DNA of 43,240 nucleotides from Patescibacteria group bacterium (GTDB lineage: Bacteria; Patescibacteriota; UBA1384; 2-12-FULL-50-11): positions 143,107-186,346 of the forward strand of contig BOKZ01000001.1 of assembly GCA_016861245.1 (NCBI GenBank), in the 5' to 3' direction. The notes under the pieces are model-generated. The model was not told the origin of the DNA. It made no database searches and saw only the letters and a program-made list of their open reading frames with translations. Both the position numbers and the translations under genes were made by a program. Positions 7,195-15,760 of this stretch are shown here, in pieces; positions within the stretch are counted from its first letter, which is position 1, and the number at the start of each line of letters is the position of its first letter.

Positions 7195-9902
7195 TTGACG
7201 CTAGTATACTCTTCTTTGCTCTCGATCTGTGATATCGCCCACCGGCGGAGCAACCAAAGCACCCATTTGCGCAACTCGTCGGCAAATAAAATGCTGCTAG
7301 CGGCCACAAAGGCAACAATAATGCCACTCGTATCCAGTGCGACCGTGCCGAGCATCTGCTGTAAAAATGGAATCCTCAGAGCAGCCAATTGGAGGATGAT
7401 CGAGATCGGTACGGTAATAAGTATGAGTCGGTTAGTAAAGAACGGGATCTGCGTAATCGATTGGGTGGCTGAGCGGCTGTTAAACACGTTAAACAATTGA
7501 AAGAAGACCATCGTAGTTAGCGCCATTGTTCTTGCGTACGCCTCGCCAAATGTTAGCGAGTATCGATAGAGCGAGATCGTCACAACCGCCATTACCAGCG
7601 ACAATAGCAACATTCGCCCGAGCGTCGCGCGCGTAATTAGCTTGTCGCTCATCTTTCGAGGGCGCATCCGCATTAAGTCACGCTCCTCCGGCTCGACCGT
7701 CAGCGCCATCGAGTTAACCCCATCGGTAACTAAATTCAGCCATAAAATTTGCACCGGCAATAACGGCAACGGTAAACCAAGCAGTAGAGCACTGACAACC
7801 AAAGTTGCATCCGCAATACTGGTAGAAACCAGTAGAAAGACAACTTTTTTAGTATTCTCCCAGATTAGCCGGCCCTGCTCGATCGCGTCGACGATCGAGT
7901 TAAAGTTATCTTTGAGTAGAACCATATCCGAAGTTTCGATCGCCACATCAGTTCCGGCTCGACCCATCGCAATCCCGATATCGGCCTTTTTCAAAGCAGG
8001 AGCGTCGTTGACGCCGTCGCCAGTCATCGCCACAACGTCGCCGTTCTTCTGAAACCGCTCAACAATCTGAAGTTTTTGCGTTGGGGTTGAGCGGGCGATA
8101 ACACCGATTTGATCGCGATCGTGATGTAAAAACTCGTCGGCATGGATCGCTTTGCGTTTTTCGTCTAATAAGCCAAGTTTTTGTCCGATCGAAGTTGCAG
8201 TCAGTAGGTGATCGCCGGTAATCATTACTACCTTCATGCCAGCAGCAATCGCCTTTTGGATCGACGGCGCTGCTTCGTGTCGGATCGGGTCGGTCATCGC
8301 GATGTAGCCGACAAAGGTGATACTTTTAACCTGTTTCTCCTCAACTGGAACCGATTTTGGATAGTCAACGTACGCTAACGCGATAATGCGGTAACCGCTG
8401 CGCGCCAACTCGTGCGCGTAATCCTCAAGCGCGCTTTTTGTTGATGACAATAATCGTTTCGAGGCACCGGCTTGACTGAGAAACGATTGCGAGAGCGACA
8501 AGATCTTTTCCGGAGCGCCTTTCACAATGTAACGATGAAACTTACCGTAATCGTGAACTGATGTTGAATACCGAAGATCTTGGTTAAACGGCACCTCTAA
8601 CACTTCCGGATACTTCTTTTCTTGAGCAAACGCGTAGTAACCGGCCTTGGCAGCGAGCACTGCTAACGCTGTTTCTGTTGGATCGGTCAGCTCGCGAGCT
8701 TGATCGTCGCGAAGATCTTTCTCGGTAATTGTCGACATCGTCGCTAAGCTAGAAAGCTCCAGTAGCTCGTTAAGTGCTTTCTGCTTGTGCGGATCAACGG
8801 TTTTTTTGTCGAGACGGAACGAGCCGCTCAATTGGTAGCCTTCCCCCGTTACCTCGTAGTCTTGGAGCCCGACGTACAGACGCTCTACCATCATCTTCCC
8901 TTCCGTTAGAGTCCCTGTCTTATCGACACAAATAACAGTGGTTGAGCCGAGCGTCTCGGTTGCGGAGAGTTTCCGAATAATTGCGCCGCGCCTATAAACC
9001 CGTAACAAACCAATCGAAAGCGTAACGGTGATAGCGATCGGCAGCCCTTCGGGAATAATCGAAACCATCAGGGTGATCGCAACCTTCAACATATCCGACG
9101 CGCTGATCCCGGACATCGCTCCGATCGTGTAGCTAATAATCGCTGCGACCGCTGCGACGCCCAACAACGATCTTCCAAGAATCGTTAGCTGTCGCTGTAG
9201 GTTCTCCGGCAGCTCTTCTACTTCTGAAACTTCTTTGGCGATCGACCCGATCTCGGTTTTCATGCCGGTACCAGTTACCACCGCAACGGCTTGACCGGTA
9301 ACAACGAGCGTCGACATATAGAGCATATTCTTCCGGTCGATGAGCGCCGCATCGGCTGCAACTACGCCAACTTTTTTATGAGCCGGAACTGATTCCCCAG
9401 TTAAAGACGCTTGGTTAACTCGAAGCCCCTGGCTTTCAATAATACGGGCGTCAGCGGCAACTCGATCGCCGGCTTCCACTAACAATAGGTCACCAACAAC
9501 GACTTCGGCGGCGTCGATTTTCTGCTCGATCCCACTTCGCAATACCCTAGCCTTTGGCGAGAGTATCTGTCTGAGCTTAGACATCGTCTGCTCCGCCTTG
9601 CGCTCCTGGAAAAAGCCAATGAGTGAGTTGAGGACGACGACCGAGAGAATTACTACAACCTCGCTCCACTCGCGCTCCCAGGCAGAGAAAGCAGCAGCAA
9701 ATAGTAGGATATAAAGCAACGGACTCTTAAACTGCCGGAAGTAAATCTCAAAAGCGCTCGGACCCTCTTTACCCGTAAGCTCGTTCGGTCCGTGACGGTA
9801 GAGACGACGCCTTGCCTCAGTAGAAAGTAGCCCCCGATTAACATCTGTTTCTAATTCGTGCAGTAATCGCTCGCTAGGTACAGACCAAAAACGACTCGTC
9901 AT
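7191..9902 (-). CDS. cation-transporting P-type ATPase (type II, Ca2+/Mg2+-like)
   Basis: Motifs TGES, CVDKTGTLTEGKM, MITGDH and MTGDGVNDAPALKKADIGIAMG, with about 10 predicted TM helices. The track ORF starts at GTG 9920. The ATG at 9902 (MTSRFWSVPSERLLHEL..) fits the cation-ATPase N-terminal domain better. Confidence 0.95.
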   Translation of the reverse strand: MTSRFWSVPSERLLHELETDVNRGLLSTEARRRLYRHGPNELTGKEGPSAFEIYFRQFKSPLLYILLFAAAFSAWEREWSEVVVILSVVVLNSLIGFFQERKAEQTMSKLRQILSPKARVLRSGIEQKIDAAEVVVGDLLLVEAGDRVAADARIIESQGLRVNQASLTGESVPAHKKVGVVAADAALIDRKNMLYMSTLVVTGQAVAVVTGTGMKTEIGSIAKEVSEVEELPENLQRQLTILGRSLLGVAAVAAIISYTIGAMSGISASDMLKVAITLMVSIIPEGLPIAITVTLSIGLLRVYRRGAIIRKLSATETLGSTTVICVDKTGTLTEGKMMVERLYVGLQDYEVTGEGYQLSGSFRLDKKTVDPHKQKALNELLELSSLATMSTITEKDLRDDQARELTDPTETALAVLAAKAGYYAFAQEKKYPEVLEVPFNQDLRYSTSVHDYGKFHRYIVKGAPEKILSLSQSFLSQAGASKRLLSSTKSALEDYAHELARSGYRIIALAYVDYPKSVPVEEKQVKSITFVGYIAMTDPIRHEAAPSIQKAIAAGMKVVMITGDHLLTATSIGQKLGLLDEKRKAIHADEFLHHDRDQIGVIARSTPTQKLQIVERFQKNGDVVAMTGDGVNDAPALKKADIGIAMGRAGTDVAIETSDMVLLKDNFNSIVDAIEQGRLIWENTKKVVFLLVSTSIADATLVVSALLLGLPLPLLPVQILWLNLVTDGVNSMALTVEPEERDLMRMRPRKMSDKLITRATLGRMLLLSLVMAVVTISLYRYSLTFGEAYARTMALTTMVFFQLFNVFNSRSATQSITQIPFFTNRLILITVPISIILQLAALRIPFLQQMLGTVALDTSGIIVAFVAASSILFADELRKWVLWLLRRWAISQIESKEEYTSVK

Positions 9903-9964
9903 AATTCCAGCATACCGCACCCGGTGCTAAACTAGCAGTAACACTGCCTTATACGATTTATTAG

Positions 9965-10945
9965 CTAGTAGCGTTCAACCGAGATGGAGCCAGTACCAAC
10001 TTCTCCGCGAATCGCGACTTTAACAGTGGCTGTGTCGTAATTATTCGTCTTGTATTCACCGTCACCTTTTAGCTTATTGTTATCGACGGAAAAGCCACCA
10101 AGACCTACTTCATGCTTAATCGCCAGACCAACTTCTTTTGGAAGTCTGATAGAAATTGAGCCAGTGCCAACAGCGAGTTTAATTTCGCTAATAGGTACGC
10201 TTGCAGCGGAAAAGTCGACATCAACAGACCCAGTACCGACTTCAATTGTAGCTGTGTCAACTCTGAGTGTCTTAAGTTCTAGCTCCGCGGCGCCGGTACC
10301 AAGCTCTAGATCAAGGTCAGTCAAAAGTTCTGGCATTCCAAGAGAGAGTTCATAGCGCAACTCACTGAATTCGTTGAACCAGCCACCAAATTTATCGGAC
10401 TGTCTCAACTCAATTTCTAAACTTTGTCCAGATAATGAATGCTCAAACTTCGGCACTCCGAATGTTGTGCTATGTTTAGCGACCAGATTGGCGATCACCG
10501 CTTCAGCTGAATCGTTCAAAATCAATTTTCCCAAACCAAGTTCAGCTTTGACTGTACGCTTTGAAACCGTTGGGTACTCTGTTGAGGCGATAGATTTCTT
10601 AGTTTCTACTGTCTCGCCTTGGCGCAGCACCTTCGTCGCGTCCCAACTTGGCAAATAACGCTTAACCCAATCGTTTATCTGCTGGTTATTGGCGCTAACA
10701 ACTAATGCCAAAATAAATAACACAGCAATTAACGATATTAGTCCTACGATCAGACGAGAGAAGCGCGATCTACCGAAGATCGCTCGCAGCCCCCAGAGAA
10801 TAAAAATAATTGGCCAGAAACGCCAAAGTACGCCCCACACGCTCCATGGTAAGACGCCAAAATTGTTCAATAGAAATATTAACCCAAGTAGAATCAGGAA
10901 GATTGCGCCGACACTGCTGCCACGCCATTCTTTTTCTTGATTCAT
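9965..10945 (-). CDS. membrane protein with a LiaF/toastrack-like (DUF4097/DUF2154-type) C-terminal domain
   Basis: 326 aa. Four N-terminal TM helices are followed by a beta-rich domain with recurring GTGAAELE / GTGSVDVD / GTGSISIR / GTGSISVE motifs. It overlaps the PspC gene by 4 nt. Confidence 0.7.
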   Translation of the reverse strand: MNQEKEWRGSSVGAIFLILLGLIFLLNNFGVLPWSVWGVLWRFWPIIFILWGLRAIFGRSRFSRLIVGLISLIAVLFILALVVSANNQQINDWVKRYLPSWDATKVLRQGETVETKKSIASTEYPTVSKRTVKAELGLGKLILNDSAEAVIANLVAKHSTTFGVPKFEHSLSGQSLEIELRQSDKFGGWFNEFSELRYELSLGMPELLTDLDLELGTGAAELELKTLRVDTATIEVGTGSVDVDFSAASVPISEIKLAVGTGSISIRLPKEVGLAIKHEVGLGGFSVDNNKLKGDGEYKTNNYDTATVKVAIRGEVGTGSISVERY

Positions 10946-11388
10946 TTTCTCCTGACTAAGATCGCTAAGCCCAGCCCAACCAACAACAACGGCCAGAGTT
11001 TACCCAGATCAATACCAAGCGAGAAATTAAAGTTAACTAGTAGAAAATAAGCGCCGATCGCTAATAGAATGACGCCCCACCAAATCTGCGAGGTATCAGT
11101 TTGTGATTGTTTAGATATCTTTTCTGCTACTACTTTAACATTGTTTTTAAGTTCCTCAGCGTTTTGCTTGATAGTTTCTTTTGGCGTCATTTCAGTCGAA
11201 CTTTCTGACGGAATAATTATCATGAGAATTAAGTATGCCAACACCCCGGCGCCGCCGGCAAACGCAATTAGTACGAATATAACTCGAATAATTGTTGGGT
11301 CGATACCAAAATAGTTTCCGATTCCTCCGCATACTCCGGCGATAACTTTGTCGCTTTCGGATCGATAGAGTCGTTTTTGTGTTTCCAT
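10942..11388 (-). CDS. PspC domain-containing membrane protein
   Basis: RLYRSESDKVIAGVCGGIGNYFGIDPTIIRVIFVLIAF is the PspC-domain signature. Further TM helices follow. Confidence 0.85.
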   Translation of the reverse strand: METQKRLYRSESDKVIAGVCGGIGNYFGIDPTIIRVIFVLIAFAGGAGVLAYLILMIIIPSESSTEMTPKETIKQNAEELKNNVKVVAEKISKQSQTDTSQIWWGVILLAIGAYFLLVNFNFSLGIDLGKLWPLLLVGLGLAILVRRK

Positions 11389-11420
11389 CTCAGCACCAGG
11401 TTAATACTCCAAAGATAAAA

Positions 11421-11448
11421 GTCAAGAAAAGCGGCCGTTGCCGGCCGC
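11421..11448 (-). terminator. rho-independent terminator after the SDR gene
   Basis: Minus sense GCGGCCG-GCAA-CGGCCGC followed by TTTTCTTGAC. Confidence 0.6.
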
Positions 11449-11452
11449 GGAT

Positions 11453-12187
11453 TCAATCTTGCGCTGGCGACTCGATCGCCTCAAGCCCCAACTCTCTAGT
11501 GAGCCGATAGACGTGCGGAGTCTTCGGACCGGCGCCCTCAACGAGAGCGCTGATCGTTTGTGCTACTTCTGCAGCCGACAAGCTCTCGCCGTTGTCGATG
11601 CCTGGTCGCTCAGCGACCGCGCGCTGCCCCATCTCAGTATCACCAACCAAACCCGGGCAAAGCGAGATGAATTGCACGTTTCGCATCTCCTGATTAGCTG
11701 CCATCACCAAGTGCGTCATGCCGCCTTTAATTAAGGCGTAGACGCTACTATTTGGCAGAACGTCCTCGCGCAGACCCGCACGCGAGCTGATGTTTACAAC
11801 TGTGCCGCCGCGAGCTTGCTTCGACATCTGTCGAGCAGCAGCGCGGTTGACCCGAAAAATCATATCGACGTACTTGAGACTCTGTTGCCACTCGTCGTCG
11901 CTGACTTCACACAACGGCTTAGACATAAACGGCGCCGCCGATAGTACGACCACGTCGATCTTACCAAACCGTTTCACGGTCTTGTCGAAGAGAGACTCAA
12001 GGTTCTTTGAAGCCGTCATATCACCAGCAAAGCTGACCAGCCCTGGCAGCTCACGCTCAAGCTCTGCGAGCTTCGCAGTATCTCGAGCAGCCACCATTAC
12101 TTGGTCGCCTTGTTTATGGAAAAGTTCCGCTGTGGCACGGCCGATTCCCTTACTCCCACCGATCACTATTACTACTCTTTTATCCAT
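11453..12187 (-). CDS. SDR-family oxidoreductase
   Basis: 244 aa with the N-terminal cofactor motif VIGGSKGIGRA and SDR-like length and organisation. Confidence 0.9.
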   Translation of the reverse strand: MDKRVVIVIGGSKGIGRATAELFHKQGDQVMVAARDTAKLAELERELPGLVSFAGDMTASKNLESLFDKTVKRFGKIDVVVLSAAPFMSKPLCEVSDDEWQQSLKYVDMIFRVNRAAARQMSKQARGGTVVNISSRAGLREDVLPNSSVYALIKGGMTHLVMAANQEMRNVQFISLCPGLVGDTEMGQRAVAERPGIDNGESLSAAEVAQTISALVEGAGPKTPHVYRLTRELGLEAIESPAQD

Positions 12188-12260
12188 AATTCACCGTGAT
12201 AATTTGCAGCATAACAGAGCGTTGCTTGTTTTCCAGGGTCTGCTGAGGTTAGATATCTCA

Positions 12261-12716
12261 ATGAAGCAAGCCGAGCCTATCGTCGCCGTCCTAGATAACG
12301 TTCGTTCGCTCTACAACGTCGGCAGCATCTTTCGAACAAGCGACGCCTTAGGTGTTCAGAAACTTTACTTGTGCGGGATTACCGGTACGCCCGAGCACCC
12401 GAGATTAGCCAAAACTGCGCTTGCCGCGTTAAATGCAGTCAAATGGGAGTATAAGAAAAGTGCGTTGCAAACCGTTAAACAACTTAAGAAACATGGCTAT
12501 TACATAGTTGCGCTCGAGCGTACTGCCGGAAGCCAACGAGTCGAACCAGTTAAAAATAGGCCGTTAGCAATAATCGTTGGCCACGAGCGCAGCGGCACTA
12601 GTGCTAAAATTCTTGAGCAAGTAGATCAGATAATGGAGATACCTATGCAGGGGGTAGGCCAGTCGATGAACGTTGCGGTCGCCTACGGGATCGCTACTTA
12701 CGTATTAACGTCGTAG
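12261..12716 (+). CDS. SpoU/TrmH-family RNA 2'-O-methyltransferase (short, TrmL-like size)
   Basis: The track ORF 11790-12716 is antisense to the SDR gene over its first 400 nt. The internal ATG at 12261 gives 151 aa: MKQAEPIVAVLDNVRSLYNVGSIFRTSDALG..IIVGHERSGTS..IPMQGVGQSMNVAVAYGIA, which are SPOUT motifs. Confidence 0.85.
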   Translation: MKQAEPIVAVLDNVRSLYNVGSIFRTSDALGVQKLYLCGITGTPEHPRLAKTALAALNAVKWEYKKSALQTVKQLKKHGYYIVALERTAGSQRVEPVKNRPLAIIVGHERSGTSAKILEQVDQIMEIPMQGVGQSMNVAVAYGIATYVLTS

Positions 12717-12984
12717 CTTCGGCCTTTATCGCTTTTCGTAACGCTGCCTCAACCCCGATTAGTACACCCAAATACAGCATCGATGCCAAACAGATTCGAG
12801 CAACTGAGACTTCTGGCGAACCGATTACTAGAAACGTTCCGCTAACTACTTGAACCAGCCCAATTGCTATAATCCCCAACCGGAGCCCCGAAAGATATTT
12901 AGATCGGCTGCGTATAGCAACAATTGAGAGTAGGGCTAGGATTCCCGTGCAAACCGCGCCGAAAATATGCAGGCTTAAAAGCAT
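12694..12984 (-). CDS. hypothetical small membrane protein (96 aa, 3 TM helices)
   Basis: ORF with three clear hydrophobic helices and no recognisable family. Its 3' end overlaps the convergent SpoU gene by 23 nt. Confidence 0.45.
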   Translation of the reverse strand: MLLSLHIFGAVCTGILALLSIVAIRSRSKYLSGLRLGIIAIGLVQVVSGTFLVIGSPEVSVARICLASMLYLGVLIGVEAALRKAIKAEATTLIRK

Positions 12985-13015
12985 ACGTCCATACTAACAC
13001 ACTCGTTTCACGCTG

Positions 13016-13032
13016 TGCTCCCGAGCAGGGAT
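13016..13032 (-). repeat. exact 17-nt copy of the tRNA-Gln 3' end (tRNA positions ~59-75)
   Basis: tgctcccgagcagggat at 13016-13032 is identical to 13160-13176. It is a direct repeat 127 nt downstream of the tRNA in tRNA sense. Confidence 0.9.
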
Positions 13033-13112
13033 CTTTCGTCCGCCTTGCGGACTTCAGCGCCTCACTCGCATCGCTCATTCGTCGTCGCACCTGTTTTCTT
13101 TGAAAACGGTTC
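13033..13112 (-). repeat. tRNA-linked conserved non-coding module, copy at the tRNA-Gln locus
   Basis: Colinear blocks shared with 6423-6499: TTTCGTC, hairpin TCCGCCTTGCGGA, CCTCACTCG, TCGCACCTGTTTTCTT-T-GAAAACGG-TTC. Confidence 0.75.
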
Positions 13113-13127
13113 GATCCTTAACGAGCA

Positions 13128-13151
13128 AGTAAAAACCCGCCAAATGGCGGG
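13128..13151 (-). terminator. rho-independent terminator immediately 3' of tRNA-Gln
   Basis: Minus sense CCCGCC-ATTT-GGCGGG followed by TTTTTAC. Confidence 0.6.
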
Positions 13152-13161
13152 CATTTACTTG

Positions 13162-13232
13162 CTCCCGAGCAGGGATTCGAACCCCGGTTACTAGAGCCAG
13201 AATCTAGCGTCCTACCACTAGACGACTCGGGA
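13162..13232 (-). tRNA. tRNA-Gln (anticodon CUG)
   Basis: Hand-folded: TCCCGAG-TC-GTCT-AGTGGTA-GGAC-G-CTAGA-TTCTGGC-TCTAG-TAAC-CGGGG-TTCGAAT-CCCTG-CTCGGGA-G. U1:A72 and G73 fit bacterial Gln identity. CCA is not encoded. Confidence 0.95.
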
Positions 13233-13296
13233 ATGTATATGAAGAATACTCTGAAGAGTTTATCAGAATTATCCTGTTATTTCGAGAAATTAAGTA

Positions 13297-13324
13297 ACAA
13301 AAAGAGGAGTTGTTAGCTCCTCTT
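13297..13324 (-). terminator. rho-independent terminator after the orphan gene
   Basis: Minus sense AAGAGGAG-CTAACAA-CTCCTCTT followed by TTTGTT. A second hairpin (GGCGAC-ACG-GTCGCC, 13325-13339) lies just after the stop. Confidence 0.5.
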
Positions 13325-13347
13325 GGCGACACGGTCGCCGGAAATGG

Positions 13348-13758
13348 TCAATCAATGACCGGGCGGACAAAAAACTCAAGCTGCCCCTGCTTGAGCTCGT
13401 CCTTGCGCAACCAAAGCTCGGTGGCGGCGCTCTTGCTGCTCTTGACGCGAATCGACACGTTCTGTGCCGTGCTGCGCAAGAAACTCAGGAGCGCCCAACC
13501 GATCTCAGACGTCTTGCAGAACGCCTTCAGGTTGGCCTGGACCGTGGGGAAGTCAGGAGAGACGAGGTTCGATTTAAGCTCGAACCACTTCTTCTCGTGC
13601 AGGTAGCGAAGCTTCGTCTCGGACCCGTCCTCGGCAACCAAGACCATGCAGACGTCGCTATCCCGAGCCAGAACTCGGTCGAGAAACTCTGCCAGCACGT
13701 CGAGGGGCGACATCGACTCAACGATCTCGCGGTCGAACAGGATACTTTTAATGCGCAT
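13348..13758 (-). CDS. hypothetical protein (136 aa), compositionally atypical orphan
   Basis: The track ORF starts at TTG 13797, but that TTG is the -35 box of a promoter. The ATG at 13758 (MRIKSILFDREIVESM..) lies 10 nt after a TATAAT box. No family recognised. The gene looks more G+C-rich than its neighbours, though this was not computed. Confidence 0.6.
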   Translation of the reverse strand: MRIKSILFDREIVESMSPLDVLAEFLDRVLARDSDVCMVLVAEDGSETKLRYLHEKKWFELKSNLVSPDFPTVQANLKAFCKTSEIGWALLSFLRSTAQNVSIRVKSSKSAATELWLRKDELKQGQLEFFVRPVID

Positions 13759-13768
13759 AACGGACGAA

Positions 13769-13797
13769 ATTATACGCAAAAACGCTGTATAGATCAA
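13769..13797 (-). promoter_or_regulatory. sigma70-like promoter (TTGATC-N17-TATAAT), near-leaderless
   Basis: Minus sense TTGATC (13797-13792), 17-nt spacer, TATAAT (13774-13769). The ATG is at 13758. Confidence 0.5.
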
Positions 13798-13815
13798 TGA
13801 GTTTTAGTGGAAGTT

Positions 13816-15204
13816 TTAGATCAGTTCAGCTGTATCACCGTACGGCACCGGCGCTTCGTCGTATCGAACGGAGTTCATAAAAATAAACTGAATTAAGGCG
13901 TAAAGCAGGAACGCCAACAAAATCCTTACGAGAACTGTGAAGAACGTCGGTGCCTCACCGGTTTTAACGGTTAACGTCGCCGCGGTTTTGTCGTCAATAA
14001 ACCCGACGTTCCAAGTCGGTGCCGCTTCGATAGTTGAGACGCTGCCTCGTTTTGCGAGGAAAATACTTAATAGTATCGCTGCAAAGCCAACGATAAACAT
14101 CAGCACCACCACCATCACCCGATCGATATTACTAAACAGCAAGCCGAGCAAACTAATACTGCCGCCGACCAAACCAAGCACGGTCATAAATTTTACTCTG
14201 GTTTCCATGCCAATAATTACCACCATTGCTGAGAAAACGACCGAGATTACGGTTAAGATCGTCTCACCACCTTCGGCGCCAATTAGCGTAACAAACGTAA
14301 TAAGCATAGCCGCTGCAATCAGTAGCCTTTGATGGAAAAACTCGAGCCTTGTCCATGGTTTAAAGAGATGGCCAAACAACGCAGCGGTTTTAAGAAGTCC
14401 TACTCCTGTGATGATAGCTGCAAAACCGATAATTGCTGTTCTGTCGCTTGTAACTTGTCTCGTTACGTCACTGACAAGCGAGGAGAAACTAATGATATAA
14501 AGTATCGTTCCGGCCGAGACCAAAGCTGGGATCGACTCTTCCTGGCCTCGTTTCTTGTAAACCCAGGCAGTAATTAAGCCCAAGAGCGATACCACTGTTA
14601 GGATCAGCGAGCTTCTCCAACCGTTCAAATCTTGATCTGTCAGTAAAAAGATAGCCAGCGCAATGAGATTAAGCGTAACAAGCAACGCGCCGTAACTGCG
14701 CTGTTTAACTAGCGCCGCGTACAAGCTAAGCGGTAGGGCTAATAATACGCTGTAAGCCATAAGCAGCGCGTCCGCTTTCTCGTAATAACCAAACTGATAT
14801 AAGAACACCCCTGCAGTAATCGGCAGCATCAAGTGCGCTGCCATGTGCGTTGTCTCCTTAACTGTCTTTAGCTCGTCGCCTTTAGCCAGGAAACTACCGA
14901 TCGCAAATAAAAAGAAGTTCGGGATCGCAATTAGTAAAAATCGGCTAAGGGGTGAGAGTTGCGGCCAGCTGTAGCCGATAAAAGTAACCGCTGCGATAAA
15001 AATGAGGCTTAATCCAGTGATAAGTAGGACGTTTGTACCGCTGAGATGAAGCTGACTCTCTGTTTTTACCGACGCCTCCCCAGCTACTAATCGATGGACA
15101 GCGATCGGATCCCACCCTTTTGAGAGTAGCTCTTGCCGCAGTTGCTCGTCATCAACGCCGCGTGCTCGCTCTTTAGCGATATACTCTCGAAGTTGGTCGT
15201 TCAT
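13816..15204 (-). CDS. polytopic membrane protein of unknown function
   Basis: 462 aa. A short soluble N-terminus (MNDQLREYIAKERARGVDDEQLRQELLSKGW) is followed by more than 10 hydrophobic helices. Confidence 0.7.
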   Translation of the reverse strand: MNDQLREYIAKERARGVDDEQLRQELLSKGWDPIAVHRLVAGEASVKTESQLHLSGTNVLLITGLSLIFIAAVTFIGYSWPQLSPLSRFLLIAIPNFFLFAIGSFLAKGDELKTVKETTHMAAHLMLPITAGVFLYQFGYYEKADALLMAYSVLLALPLSLYAALVKQRSYGALLVTLNLIALAIFLLTDQDLNGWRSSLILTVVSLLGLITAWVYKKRGQEESIPALVSAGTILYIISFSSLVSDVTRQVTSDRTAIIGFAAIITGVGLLKTAALFGHLFKPWTRLEFFHQRLLIAAAMLITFVTLIGAEGGETILTVISVVFSAMVVIIGMETRVKFMTVLGLVGGSISLLGLLFSNIDRVMVVVLMFIVGFAAILLSIFLAKRGSVSTIEAAPTWNVGFIDDKTAATLTVKTGEAPTFFTVLVRILLAFLLYALIQFIFMNSVRYDEAPVPYGDTAELI

Positions 15205-15212
15205 TGTTTAGC

Positions 15213-15722
15213 TTATTGAAAGTGTGACGGATCGTACTCGTACGTGTTATCCTCGTAGAAATTTGGGACGCCATCAGCGCCATTAAGACTGCTACCAACT
15301 AGAAAAGCAAAGATAAATGACCACATCATCATGAAAAAGACGATACTGGCCACAAATACTCCAATTCCCCAATACATCCACTTCCTCTGTACTTCTTTAA
15401 ATTGCTCAACGCTTTCAAACTTGCGGTGCTCCCAAGCTAATTCGTTCCCTTTCACGCCGAGATAAAACGGCATAACGATATTCAGAAACGGTACGAAACA
15501 AAGTAGCGCGATCCAGACGTTGTGGGAGATCCCCCACAACCAGTTCATAAGAAAGGCTGCCCAACTCCAACGTTTAAGCTCGTCGGGCATCGGGCCGTTC
15601 ATACCGTGCGTTGGATTCGAAACAGTGTGGGTCGTACCAGCCGGCGCTTGTGGTGCGGGCTGCGGCGTTGGTGCTGGTGTTGGTTCGGGACTCGGTGTTT
15701 GGTTACTTGTTTGTTCTTCCAT
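15213..15722 (-). CDS. membrane protein, DUF2628-like, with a proline-rich N-terminus
   Basis: 169 aa with a PEPTPAPTPQPAPQAP tail. RWSWAAFLMNWLWGISHNVWIALL resembles the DUF2628 core. Confidence 0.6.
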   Translation of the reverse strand: MEEQTSNQTPSPEPTPAPTPQPAPQAPAGTTHTVSNPTHGMNGPMPDELKRWSWAAFLMNWLWGISHNVWIALLCFVPFLNIVMPFYLGVKGNELAWEHRKFESVEQFKEVQRKWMYWGIGVFVASIVFFMMMWSFIFAFLVGSSLNGADGVPNFYEDNTYEYDPSHFQ

Positions 15723-15760
15723 TTACAGAAAGCGTAACAAAAAAGTACCGAAGACAATAG

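Noticed and set aside
11790-12260. N-terminal 157 aa of the 308-aa ORF 11790-12716
   Set aside because: This part is antisense to the well-supported SDR gene and is Ser/Arg/Thr-rich. The SPOUT-domain similarity begins only at the internal ATG at 12261, so the real gene is 12261-12716.
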